Assembly (NCBI GenBank): GCA_013416795.1
Contig: RQSC01000021.1
Location: 132,413-191,778, forward strand
Source of the DNA: Prasinococcaceae sp. CCMP 1430
Taxonomy: Eukaryota; Plantae; Prasinodermophyta
DNA length: 59,366 nt
Reading direction: 5' to 3'
In this document: positions 21,945 to 34,204 of the stretch, piece by piece
Numbering within the stretch: the first letter of the stretch is position 1
Layout: the number at the start of each line of letters is the position of its first letter
Translations under genes and position numbers: made by a program
Notes under the pieces: model-generated
The model's database searches: none
Told to the model about the DNA's origin: nothing
Seen by the model: only the letters and a program-made list of their open reading frames with translations

Positions 21945-24900
21945 CACGGGCGGCGGCGTGTCGCCGTCCTCGCCGGTCGCGGAGCGCGCGCGGCTCTGCG
22001 CGGCGTCGGCTGCGCTGCTGGTGCTCGCGGCGTCGAGGCTGCCTGGCGCGACGGGCGATGGCGAGGACCAGGGCGTCGTGGACCTGAGCTCCGCGCTCAA
22101 GGCGGCGGACGTGCCCGTGCGCACGTTCTTCTCCGAGTGCAAGCTCCTGCTCGCGCACTGCGGCCCGGCGATCTCCGCGGCGCTCGACGCTGACGTGAAC
22201 GAGCTGGTGCCGCTGCCGGCGCTGGCCGTGGCGTACGCGCACAGCGAGCTACTGTTCCACAAGGTGGAGGCCTTCGCGGCGGAGTGCTTCCTGCCCGGCG
22301 TCCACGCGGAGCGCGCGCGCGCCGCCGTGTGGCTCCTGTACCTTGCCGCGCGCGTCGCCATGAGGACTGAGACGCAGCTCGACCTCGTGAGCGCCTACTT
22401 CGTCACGCTTTGCGTGCAGGCGGAGGTGCTCGCTGCTGCCTCGGAGGACGCGCTGAGCCCCGCGGGCTTCGAGCGCGCCGCCGGCGGCGACGCAGAAGCA
22501 ACGCTCGCCAACCTGTGCGAGGCGGGCGGCAAGCACATCGCGAACCCCGCCGAGATCGCGCCGCTGCACGCGCAGGCGAACGCTGCGGCAGCAGAGGTGC
22601 TGGGCGACCTGCCCATCTCTTCGCTCGTGCCCGCGGCGACCATTGCCAGCGGGAAGGCCAAGGTCGACGCCGATGCGGCGCTCGAGCGCCTGCGTGCCGC
22701 GTACGGGGCATACCATGCCTCTGTCGGTGGCTTTGACGGGAGGCTGATGCTCGAGCGGGACATGAAGGCCGCGAAGACCGAAGAGGGGCAGCAGGGCGCC
22801 CCCGCCGAGGCGCCGGCGGGCGGAGGCGCGGCGGCGGCCCCCGCGCAGCCGGTGCCCATGGGCACGCCGCCGCGCCCGCCGCGTCCGTCGCACTTCTCGA
22901 TGAGTGGCACTCCGCTGCCCAATAGGACCTTCGGCGTGCACAGCACCCCGCTCCGCGGCGGCGGGGGCGGCGGCGCGGCTCCCCCTGCGTCGCCCATGAG
23001 CGCGGCGATGGCGGCCGACCGCTGGCTGCGCTCGACGCTCGCACGCGCGCCGGAGCAGCCCAGCGCGAGCCTACTCGAATCGCTCTCCCAGGCCGAGGGC
23101 GGCGAGGCTGGGCAGCCGGGCGTCCAAGACAGCGAGCCGACCGGGAAAGGGCAGCCGTCCCTCGCCGCGGAGATCGGAGCTCATGCGAAAGCCGCCGCCA
23201 ACGGCGTCTTCCCCGCGTCGCCCTCCGCGCAGCCGCCTTTCCTCAGCGGGGAGAGCGAGGCGGTGCGCGCGGCCGCAGCGAAAGCGCTCGCCGATCGCGA
23301 GGCCTCCAAGCGCGAGGCCGGCGTCAAGCTCTACTACCGCGTGCTCGACGCGCTGCTCGACGCTGAGCGCCAGCGAGGCGCGCCTGCTGCCGCGTTGACC
23401 GCGCTGGTCCGCAGCCGTTCTTTCCACGGCGCGCTGCTCGCGTGCGCGTTCGCCACCGTGGCCAACGCGTACAAGGCGCCCACCATCGACATCGAGGCCA
23501 TCTGCACCGCGTGCGAGGTGACGCCCTTCGACGTGTCCAAAGCGGTCGAGTTCTTCATCCGCTACGAGACGTCGATGCCCAGAGAGCTCAAGCGCCACCT
23601 GAACGCCATCGACGAGCGCGCGCTTGAGCAGCTCGCGTGGAGGCCGGGCTCGTCGCTGCTCAAGGCGCTGACGGTGGCGTGCGGCGGTGGCGACGGCGGC
23701 GAGCCCGCGGCGGCGAATGGCGGCGCTGGTACGGCGCCCGCTGCGCAGCAGCCCGCGCCGATGGATACCTCGGAGGGCGACGACGATACGCCGCGCACGC
23801 CAGAGCGCGAGAAGGCCGCGACGGGCTCGCAGCAGACGCCAGAGCGCCCCTCGGCGTTCTCGGTGTTCAAGTCGCCGCACAAACCCCGCCTTGGCGCGCC
23901 TCTGCCGCCCGCGTTCGCGGCGGCCTTTGAGGGCGGTGCGGCCAAGGCGTGCCCGGACGGAAGTGCGCCAACCGCTGCAGCCGTGCGGCGCCTGAACGGG
24001 CCCGGCGTGGCTGTCGAGCACTTCTTCGCCAAAGTGCGAAAGCTCGCCGCCAGCAGGATCGCCGACCTTTGCGACAAGCTGCGCTTGCCAGCGCTCGCCG
24101 CCCGGCAGGTGTACACCGTCTTCTTGCGCGTGTTGTACCACCGCACCTCGGTGTTTTACAATCGCCATGTCGACCAGGTCCTCCTGTGTGCCATCTACGG
24201 CGTGTGCAAGGTTACTCGCCGTCCCATCACCTTCCGCGACATCATCTACCACTATAGGCGTCAGCCGCAATCGCGCCCCGAAGTCTTTCGCTCGGTGGTG
24301 CTCGAGCAGTCCAGCCCCGACCTCGTGCCAACGCGCCGCGGCGACATCATCGAGTTCTACAACGTGCACTTTGTGCCTCATGTGAAGGCTTTCCTGCTCG
24401 AGTTGCCCAAGCAGCCCCCCGAGGACGAGGACGGTGGGTCGCTCGCGTCGCCCCCAGCGGCGTCGAAGATTTCCGCCGGTGGTGGTGCAGCGCCGAGGAG
24501 CCCCCTTCGCCCCGCTATTGCTCCCGGTACGCAGACCGTGCCACTGTCCCCGCTGCCAAAGCTGCCCATGCAGTCGCCGAAGAAGCTGGCCGGCACGAAC
24601 GTGTACGCGAGCTCCATCACTTCGAGCAAGAAGGACGCATTGCTCATGACCCCGCGCTCGCGAAGCCTGTACGCCTTCGTGGGCGAGCCAACGCACGCCT
24701 ACCAGAGCCCGTCCAAGGACCTTAGCTACATCAACGGCCGCATCAAGGCCTCGAACGCCGGCCTTGGCGGCCTGGCGGGGCTCACGGACGTGGCCATGAG
24801 CGAGAGCACCCAAGCGGTGGCGGCGGTTGTCGCCGCCGCGTCGGTGGCTGCTGGTCACAGCCCGCTAGGGAGGTCTGCTGACGCCGACCCCGCCGGTGCT

Positions 24901-24972
24901 GCCAAGCCCGAGGTGGACGTGAGCACGGAGGGTGGCATCGGCGGCGTCAAACGCACGCGAGCGGATGAGTGA
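21945..24972 (+). CDS. RBR: Retinoblastoma-related protein (RBR/MAT3); 5' end lies in or before gap 21357-21943
   Basis: RB_A (KLYYRVLDALL, FHGALLACA, PRELKRHLNAIDERALEQLAW) and RB_B (FFAKVRKLAASRI, NRHVDQVLLCAIYGVCKV, DIIEFYNVHFVP); many S/T-P CDK sites. Confidence 0.95.
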
Positions 24973-25305
24973 GAGCCTAACTTCAACGCTACCACCGCGC
25001 TTACCTACCTATACGGGATACATATTTTTGGAAGAGGCTCAGAAGACGGCGGTGGTAGCGAGTTTGCCGAGGACGCCGCTCGGGAGGGCAGGGTTGGACT
25101 TTGCTGCGCCAGCATCCTTCACGCCTCGTACGCACATACCTGCTGCTGTGAACTTCGTAGTGAAAGCGCCCGGCAGATTCCGGAGTGCTCGCATAGCTTG
25201 CTATAAAAACGATACCGCGCGACACGGTGCACGCGACCAGTCGAACGCGCAGCAGGCTAGTTGGAGTCGCGAATATTTTACATCGATGCAGGCGCCGCCT
25301 GTCCG

Positions 25306-25977
25306 TCACACCACCTCCTTGGCGGTGGCGAACTTCGCGCCCCTGCGCATTGCCTGCGCGTCTAAGGCGTCCGCGAGGCCGCTTTCGCCCACGCACTCGT
25401 CCACATAGAAGCACGTCTTCGTGTACTTGTCTAGTACAATCTGTTCCGTGGGAGTCTTCTTGCACACTGACTTCACCGCGCTCGCCGCTGCGCGTGCCAC
25501 CTCAGCGATTGCAAGCTCGGAGTAGGCCCCAGAGCCAACCGCATAGAGCGTGAGCTCACCCGTGCGCGTCACAACGACCGCGTCGCCTTCGACCATGACG
25601 ATGGCCTGCGGGCACGGCACGCGCGGTCGCGCGGCGCGGATTTGGGTGCCCGCACGTGTCCACGCGTGGCCGCAATTGTGAGCATGCGGCGTGTTCGCAC
25701 TGATGGTCAGCTACTGGAGTGCGAACGCGAGCGCGGCCCGACCGCACGTAGGGTGTGGGCAGCAGGTGCCCTCTCTGGTGCCCTCCCCTTCCGCCCCCTT
25801 CTTGCGTACCTCTTCGTCCTCGGCGAGGGCGTTCGCGAGGTCGCTCGCCGCGCCTGCAATTGCTTGGCGCCACAGCGCGCGCCCCTCGGGCGCGCCGTGC
25901 ACCAACTCGGGAGAATAGATGCGCTCCATCAGGATACCGCCGCCAGGACCGCAAAGGAGGATGGCGCGCACGGACAT
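25306..25977 (-). CDS. Longin-like sigma subunit of the TSET/TPLATE complex (LOLITA/TSPOON-like); exons 25977-25810 and 25605-25306
   Basis: MSVRAILL..GGILMERI..RALWRQ..EDEE|AIVMV..LYAVGSGAYSELAIAEV..AVKSVCKKTPTEQIVLDKYTKTCFYVDECV parallels recalled LOLITA (YDELALAEV..AVKDVCGKPPTERLFLDKY..CLCLDEIV). GT-AG intron 25809-25606; TGTAA on - at 25282-25278. Confidence 0.78.
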
Positions 25978-26269
25978 CGCCGCGCCGTCCCTCAACACCC
26001 TCCGTCCTGCCAGAGCGCCTTTCGCGCGACGGCGCACGGGCGTCGCTAGGCCGTGCTGGCGCTCACGAGCGGCGCGCCTCCGGCACGGCACGCAAGGCCG
26101 ACGCGGGCGAGCCCGCCGGCACCCCCCAAAGTGCTCTCCCGCTCGCCTGTTGCTCCCGCGCCCCGCGCGGAGGTGTGCGTGTGCGTGCGCCTGCGCGCGC
26201 GTGTGGCACCCAGGGCAGCGCACACACACCACGCACGTAGACCTGCGACTCTCCACAAGAGCCCCCCCG

Positions 26270-26536
26270 GGATGTGACTGTAACCTCGGTCACATATACC
26301 AGGTTCGGAACGCGAAGTTAACCCGACTCACACGCGAACCTGGGTCATTTGCGGCCATCCGCCAGGGACTCCCTCCGCCTTCGGAGACTCCGCCTGGCTG
26401 GACCACGGCAGTCGGCGAGAACGGCGTGCAGGCGCTCGCTGAGGGCAGGCACCCCTCGCGGCAGAGCGCGCGGCCACGCCCTGCGCGCGGTCGCCGCATG
26501 GGGAGAATTCCTCTGTTTGCGTCATGCGCCTCTTTT
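26270..26536 (+). ncRNA. Candidate structured ncRNA of unknown class (strand uncertain)
   Basis: Four consecutive stems (26272-26295, 26299-26343, 26361-26398, 26423-26480) in intergenic DNA followed by TTTT; no credible ORF. Confidence 0.35.
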
Positions 26537-26714
26537 ACATACACTTTTGCACGCGCGCGGGGAAGGTCACACAGGCGCCCCATGGGGCCCCCCACGCGAC
26601 GCGACGCCCGCCGTGCGCCATGCAGATTACCAATGTTGCCTGCATGCCTTCCATCACCTTCCCTAAGCACCCATATTAGTCTACTTATTAACACAGCCTG
26701 CCCCACCAGCCGAG

Positions 26715-28489
26715 CTACTCCTCGCCCAGCATCCCCCCGCCACTGCCGACATCAGCACGCTGGGACGTCCGCTTGCCCTCGAGCGCGTCGCTCGCAGCCA
26801 GCTTGAGCAGCGGCGCCGCGACCATCATGATGCCCCCGATCACCTGCGCCTGCGACAGCGTCTCGCCGAAGATGGCCACGCCGCCAACGATCCCCCACAC
26901 GGGAATGCTGGCATACACCAACGAGGCGGTCGTGGCGCCGACTTGTGGCAGCACACACATCTCGATCATCTGGCACATCCCCACGGTGACGGCGCCGCTG
27001 ATTGCGAGCAGGCCCACGCCGGTGAGGGTGTCGGGAGTGGTGGCGTCGAGCAGTGCGTGCGCGCGCGCGCCGGCCGCCGCGGCGCTGGTCGCGAAGGTGC
27101 CCAGCGAAGCGCTCTGGACCGCGTCCGGAAGCGCGTGCGCGGCATCGGCCGCGGCGCTCAGCGCGCGCCCTCCAGGAAGCTCGCCGAGCGCGGCCGAGGC
27201 GAGCGTCGCCAGCACGGCGCAGCCACTCATCTGGGTGGCTGCGACTTTCAGCGGCGGCGGTGCGCCCACCACGCTCTGCATCTCGTGCGTTCGCACCATG
27301 TGCATCGAGAACGACACGGCGGTGCCGCACATGGCTGCGACAACTTCCGGCGAGCCAGCGCCGTCCGCGAGTGCCGACCCGAAGAACACGCTGCTTCCCG
27401 CCAGCGCCACGGCGCCGCCGAGGACGCTCGCCAGGCCGGGCGGTTCCCCCCGCGCCGCCTCAATCAGCGGCGAGAAGACCACTGTGAGAGCCATCGCGCA
27501 TGACACGACCGAGACATCCGCGCCAGCGTCAAGCGCCTGGCCCTGCAGGAAGTACCCGGTCGCCAGCCACAGCGCCAGCTCGGCCCCCTCGCGCAGCGCC
27601 CGCGCCTCGCTCTCGTCTCCTGCCGCCGCCGCCGCCGCGCTCGGAAGGAACGGCGCCGTCACGAGCGCTGCGAATCCCATGCGCGCGGCGAAGAGGGCGC
27701 TCTCGGCGATAGTCTCCGCGCCGCCCGCACCGTTCCCCCCGCCCAGCCCTGCAATCGACGCGTTCACGAGCGACGTGTTGCACCCGTAGAGCACCGCGAT
27801 GGCGAACAGCAGCGCCGTCGCGCCCGTCGTGCCCGGGCCGTCGGCAGGCACGTCTACCCACTCGTCCGACAGCGCCTCCCCTGCGGCCGCCTCAGCGGCC
27901 GCCGCGACCTCCTCGGCGACGAGCACGGCCGCGCCCCCATCCGCGCTCGCGAGCTCGAGCTCGCCTGCGCGCTCGCCGCCGGGCTCGTCGGCAGCCTCCA
28001 GTTTGTTCGCGGCGGCGGCGCCGTCGCGGGCGGCGCCCTGCCGCGCCTCCCAGCCCTGCGGCTTTCCGNNNNNNNNNNNNNNNNNNNNNNNNNNNNNNNN
28101 NNNNNNNNNNNNNNNNNNNNNNNNNNNNNNNNNNNNNNNNNNNNNNNNNNNNNNNNNNNNNNNNNNNNNNNNNNNNNNNNNNNNNNNNNNNNNNNNNNNN
28201 NNNNNNNNNNNNNNNNNNNNNNNNNNNNNNNNNNNNNNNNNNNNNNNNNNNNNNNNNNNNNNNNNNNNNNNNNNNNNNNNNNNNNNNNNNNNNNNNNNNN
28301 NNNNNNNNNNNNNNNNNNNNNNNNNNNNNNNNNNNNNNNNNNNNNNNNNNNNNNNNNNNNNNNNNNNNNNNNNNNNNNNNNNNNNNNNNNNNNNNNNNNN
28401 NNNNNNNNNNNNNNNNNNNNNNNNNNNNNNNNNNNNGCACGCCGCGCGGGGCGCGCGACGCCCGCGCGCGCGCGCGTGGGGAACGCCAT
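26715..28489 (-). CDS. EamA/DMT-superfamily transporter with probable organellar transit peptide (gap 28069-28436)
   Basis: About 10 hydrophobic helices; GAELALWLATGYFLQGQAL, ATTASLVYASIPVWG..GETLSQAQVIGG. Likely start MAFPTRARAG at 28489; TGTAA on - at 26539-26535. Confidence 0.8.
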
Positions 28490-29275
28490 CAAACCACAAG
28501 AGAAAGGGGGGCGCGCGACACACGGCGGGCAGGAGCACCCGCAGCAGCGGCGGGCGCGCAGGGAGGAGGGCGCAGCAGCACACGCGCGCGCGCACAGCAG
28601 CGGGGGGCGGATGGGCGGAATGTCACTCCGGCTGTGGACGTACACGGGGCATCGCCGGCCCGCCGGTCACCGCGCGCGCGACGCGCGCGCACCTCGGAGC
28701 CCATCAAATCCCCACCCACTTTTGAGATGCGCGAAATCTCCCCGATCACGCGACGGGGAATTCGAGGGGTGGACGGCGGACGGCGGAGGGTCCCACAAAA
28801 AAAAAACGCGTCGGCGACGCGCCGACGCGCCGCGTACGTGGCGAGGCGCGTCTCCAACACCGGGATGAAGGGTCCAAAGGCAGTATCAAATCGCAGACAA
28901 AAAGCGAGCAACCGAGCAAGGCATGTGACCATCATCTCGCGACGTGTGAAACCCCAAATCAGCGGACGAAGGTGTTGGGGTTTGGAGAGGCGCTTGCGGC
29001 CGCAGCCGCGGCGGCTGCGGCCGCCGCGCGCTCGCAGCGCCGCGCAGCGAACAGAGTCGGGGACGGCGGCAGAGGCAGAGGCAGAGGTAGAGGCAGGGGC
29101 AGGGGAAGAGGACGGCGGGGGAGGTACGGAAGTTGGAGGGAGGGCGAAGGCTCGCGCGACGGAGCCACACGCGCGCGGCGGCGCGTAGCGGCGCGCCTCG
29201 CGCGCGCTCCCCCATCCCTTCCGTCCTTCCTCCTCCTCCTCCCACCCGGCGCTCCGGCGGGAGGGGGGCGCAGCG

Positions 29276-30316
29276 ATGAAGCTCGACGCGAACGTGCTGC
29301 GCTACCTGGGCCGCGACGAGTTCCGCGTGCTGACGGCGGTGGAGATGGGCATGCGAAACCACGAGCTCGTGCCCGCCGAGCTCGTATCCTCCATAGCCAA
29401 GCTCAAGCGCGGGGGCGCCTTCAAGTGCATGGGCACGCTGCTGCGCCACAAGCTGCTGCACCACGAGTCGAAGCACTACGACGGCTACCGGCTGACGCCG
29501 CTGGGGTACGACTTCCTTGCGCTCAAAGTGCTGGTCAACCGCAGCGTCATCTCCGGGCTGGGCCGCCAGATTGGCGTGGGCAAAGAGTCCGACGTCTTCG
29601 AGGCCACCGACCCCGAGGGCGCTGTGCTCGTGCTCAAGTTCCACCGGCTGGGCCGCACGTCGTTCCGCGCGGTCAAGTCGAAGCGCGACTACCTCAAGGG
29701 GCGCACGCAGTACTCGTGGCTGTACCTCAGCCGGCTGGCGGCAATCAAGGAGTACGCCTTCCTCAAGGCGCTCAACGAGCGGGGCTATCCCGTGCCGCCC
29801 GCCGTCGAGTGCAACCGCCACGTGGTCGTCATGGGCCTCGCCGACGGCTTCCCGCTGTACCAGGTGCGCAAGATGGGCCCCGACCACGCCACGCGCGTCG
29901 TGCGGGAGTCCTTCGAGCTCATCTGTCGGCTGGCTCGTCACGGCCTCATCCACGGCGACTTCAACGAGTTCAACCTGCTCGTCAACGACGACGGCGACCT
30001 CACCATGATTGACTTCCCGCAGATGGTGTCCGTGAGCCACCGCAACGCGCGCATGTACTTCGACCGCGACGTGTTCAGCGTGGCCAAGTTCTTCGAGAGG
30101 AAGCTCGGCTTCAGGGTGCGCAATGCGCCAACCTTCGACGAGCAGCTGCGTGCCATCGCCGAGGCACAAGCGGCGGCCGCCCGGGGAGAAGGAGACGCCG
30201 ACACGGACGACATCGCCAAGGCGCTCAGGGCTTCGGGCTTTTCGCACGAGGAGCAGGAGACGCTCGAGCACTACGTCGACCAGTACGGCAACGACGGCGT
30301 CGAGTACAGCGATGAC

Positions 30317-30347
<31 letters not shown>

Positions 30348-30907
30348 GCAGCGGCGGCGATGGTGACGAGGCAAATGGGCAACATGCCGGGAGCGAGCGA
30401 GAGGTGGACGCGCGTGGCCAGCACGGCGGCGAAGCGGATGGCGTGGGCACAAGCGCTGGCGGTGCCCTGGCGGCCGGCCTGACGCTGCTCGACCTCGGGT
30501 ACGACCAGTCGGTGGGCGTGCGCGGGAATGCGGGACCTTGCGGCTCGGATGATGCCGCGAGCAGCGACGGGGCCGTGTGCGACCTCAGTGACACGGAGGA
30601 GGGCGGCACGGCGGGCGCGCCGGAGCAGGAGAGGCCACGCAACGGCGGTGGCTCGCGTGAGCAGGGTGAGGGCGCGGGCGACGACACCAGCGACGACGGC
30701 GACAGCGACGGCCAGGACGAGGCGGCGGCAGCGCCCGAGCTGGACGCACACGAGCGCGCAGCAGTGCAGAGGCGCGTGCACGAGCAGGCGGTGCGTCAGG
30801 CGACGGCCAGCGCGCGCCGCGCCGCCGCGCGCAATGCGGGAAAGAAGGGTGCGCAGAAGGGGAGGAGAGGCGGCAAGGGCGCGGCCGCGCACGATGCGCA
30901 GTGGTAG
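29276..30907 (+). CDS. RIO2: Atypical kinase RIO2 (40S maturation) with acidic tail
   Basis: MKLDANVLRYL..FRVLTAVEMGMRNHE, IGVGKESDV, KFHRLGRTSF, IHGDFNEFN, IDFPQMVS. Confidence 0.97.
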
Positions 30908-31003
30908 AGCGACGCGACGCCTCGCGCACGGGGGAGGCCGAGTAATAACGACATGTACAAAAGCAACGGCGCAAACGACGAGACGTCGCGTTGCGCATCG
31001 CGC

Positions 31004-34000
31004 TCAGCGGAAAAGGAATCGCAGCTCCTCCACGCCCAGTCTGCTCCCGCTTGTGGTGACGTTGCTGCCGTCCTGCTCCTCGCCGAAGGCGCTCGCCACC
31101 ATGGTGCGCTTGTGGTCTTGCAGCTTGAGTATCCTCTCCTCCACCGTGCCGCCGATAGCGAAGCGCGTGACACGGACCTTGCGCGTCTGCCCGATGCGAT
31201 GACACCTGTCGATGGCCTGGTCCTCGGTGGTCGGGTTCCACCACATGTCCATAAGCATGACGTTGCGCGCGCACGTGAGGTTGATTCCCAGCGAGGCGGC
31301 CTTCAGGCTCATCAGCATGACGTCCACGCGGTTTGAGGGGTCCCGAAACTCGACGAGCGCAGCCTCGCGGCGAGGCACCGTCATGCGGCCGTCCACGCGC
31401 CGGAAGCTGAAGCCCTTGCTCACCAGGTGAGGCTCGATGAGGTCGAGCATGGCCGTCCACTGGCTAAACACCACCGCCTGCTCGTGGTGACCAGTCTCGC
31501 GGCTCTCCTCGCGCAGACGGGCGAGCAACTTGAGCAGCTCGCACACCTTGAGCGGTACTTGGATCGAGGTGTCCTCGTCCTTGACGTCATGTTGGCCGCC
31601 TGCGTCCTCGCCTTCGCCCTCCTCGATCTCGGTGAGAGCGTCGTCGCCTCCGCCGCGGTCGACCACGCCGCTACCCGCAGCAGCGGCTGCGGCGTCCTTC
31701 GGCTTGGTATTGAGCACGTCGTGGGCGAGCCGTTGGATTGCGCTCTTCAGGTTGGCGGTGTCGGCCGCGTTGTCGCTCTTCATCAATCGGTCGACCACCT
31801 GAAGGAGCGCCTCCCACCCCCGCACCAGATGCGGATGGTTCGCGGCCTGGCGGAGCCTCAGCAGCATCGTCAGTACTGAGATGTACTTGGCTTGAACCTT
31901 GCCGGCCTGGTCGAGCGCTTGGAACTCCTCCTTGGAGCGTAGTTCGAGCTGCTTGTAAAATACGCCTTGCCTGCCGCTCAGGAATGGGGTGATGCGGATT
32001 ACTTCGCGCTGTGGGCGCGCGCGTCAGCACTGCGCAACGGAGGGGGCGACGCATAGCCGTGCGTGCGTCGCAGCCTGGCGAGCGAGCACGGCGGCGCTCG
32101 CTCGTACCTCGGGCAGGTCGATGATGGGCTTCCCCTCCAGCTTGCTGCCCTTCGTGCGGCGCAACATCACGAGCTTGAGGATCTGCTGCAGCCTGCGAAG
32201 TCCTCTGGCCTCGTTGGTCCGGACGGCGTCCGAGATGTTCGCGGCAAAGCCCGCAGGGGTGTTGAAGGGGTCGTACCGAAGGAACCGGAAGTAGCTGAGA
32301 AGGTCGCGCACGTGATTCTGCATCGGCGTCCCACTCAGACACCAGCGGCGCTGGGCCTTGAGGCGAGTGACGGCGTGCGCGCCGCCAGTGCGGTGATTCT
32401 TTACGGTTTGGGCCTCGTCCAGGACGACGCGGTGCCAGTTGATGCCGTAGAGCGGACCCGCAAGCGTGGCCAGCCACCTCGGCTCGTCAACCGTCCCGCC
32501 CGCGGCCTCCTTCCCCTTGCCCTTGCGAGGAGTTGCCCGAATCTTGCCCTTGTTGCAGTCCACCGTGAGAGTACCGTACGTGGTTAGCACCACGTCAGCC
32601 CGCGCAAGCTGCGCCGCGCTGGCCTCCCTTTTGGCCCCATGATACATCAGCACGCGCACGTCTGCCTCCTTGCTGGTCTTTGAGGCAATCTCGCGCGCCC
32701 ACTGGTGTAGCACGCACGTTGGGCACACGATCAGGGTGCCGCCCTTGTGGCGAGATCCGCCAGCGAAGTGGGTCGTGCGCAGCTTCTTCGGCAAAGAGCG
32801 CTCGGCGCGTTCGATGGCGTCGGCCTCATCGCTGTCTTCGTTGTCTGAAGTGACCGCCCGCGCCGAGGCGGCATTGCGACCCCAGTCATTGTCGCCGACG
32901 ATGATGAGATCATCGTCGCTACCGTCAGACCCGATGACTGCCACGTCATCGTCAGAGTCTTCGAGCAAGACGCAATCATCATCCGAATCGTCAAGAAAGT
33001 GCTCATCGTCAGGGCCGCCGCAAAGGATGTCGTCATCGAACGCCCCCTCGGCATCCCCGTCGCCCTGGCTCTCCGCACGAGGCGGGGTGCCAATCATCTC
33101 GCCCTTGTCCGCTTTGTCTGATGGCTGAGCGGGATCCTTGGTGACTGCTTTGGACGCGGCCGGGGGCATTCCATCAGGTGACGATGAGGGATGCGCTGCG
33201 CGCTTGCTATCGTTCGCGCACATGTCTGCAGTGCTCCTGGTGTGCTCGCGAAGATACTGTTGGTCGTCAAGACTTTGGACCGCCTCATCCGGCTGCTGCT
33301 TCGTATTGACGCCCTTAGTCGCAGCTGGCTGCGTGCACGCGGTCGCTTCGTGTTTCTGTTCATCGTGTGCCTGTGAGTCCTCCTCGTCGTCTGTGTCAAG
33401 CAGCTCGATGACGTCTGCGTCATTGGCAGCACGCCCGCCCGCCGAATGCCCTGCGCCCGCTGGGCCTTCAGCCGCGCTACTGTGGCCATTCGCAGCAGCG
33501 GGCCCTCCGTCCTTCGGCTCACGCCGACGGCCGCCCGCTTGCTCCTGTTTGTGTGCATCGTCTTGTTTCTTCATCTGAGCGCGCATCTCCTCGATGGCCT
33601 TGGACTTCCTCTGATTGGAGCGCTCCGTCAGGATGAGCGCAAGAGTTGACACGGTCTTGCCGAGTCCCTGGTCGTCTGCGAGGATGCCGCCATGAGGGAG
33701 GCCACTCGTCTCGCGATGGCGCATCCAACTCAGCGCGATGCGCTGGTGAGGAAGCAGCTCCACTGTCATTGAGCCGTCTGGTGGAAGGCATTCTTGGCCC
33801 TCGACATCTGTCAGCTTCTGCAGGTCGTCTTGGATGCGTGCGATCGATGCATCCACGGCAGGGTTGGGCACACCTGCGCCGTAACTTGTCCCGGCCGCTC
33901 CGAGTGCACGCAAGGTAGCGTCCATTGACACGGGATTTCCGCCCGCGCCCGCAGCAGCCTGCAGGGCGGCTCCGAAGCGCTTTGGCTCCAGTGGCTGCAG

Positions 34001-34157
34001 AGGGGGCTCCGGCGAGATATGTCCACCACTGCCGCATCCACCGGTGCTGCCAGTCACCACCTGCGGCATGAATTTGCCCGCGATGTCCTTTGTCGCAGGC
34101 TGACGCGATACGTACAAGCCCTCCTGCCGATCCCGCTGATCTGGCGTCATATAGAGG

Positions 34158-34204
<47 letters not shown>

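Noticed and set aside
26364-26512. Firm RNase MRP, SRP or telomerase RNA assignment
   Set aside because: Diagnostic boxes (GGAAAGTCCCC, helix-8 AGG/AGCAG, CCCTAA template) are missing; kept only as an unclassified candidate.
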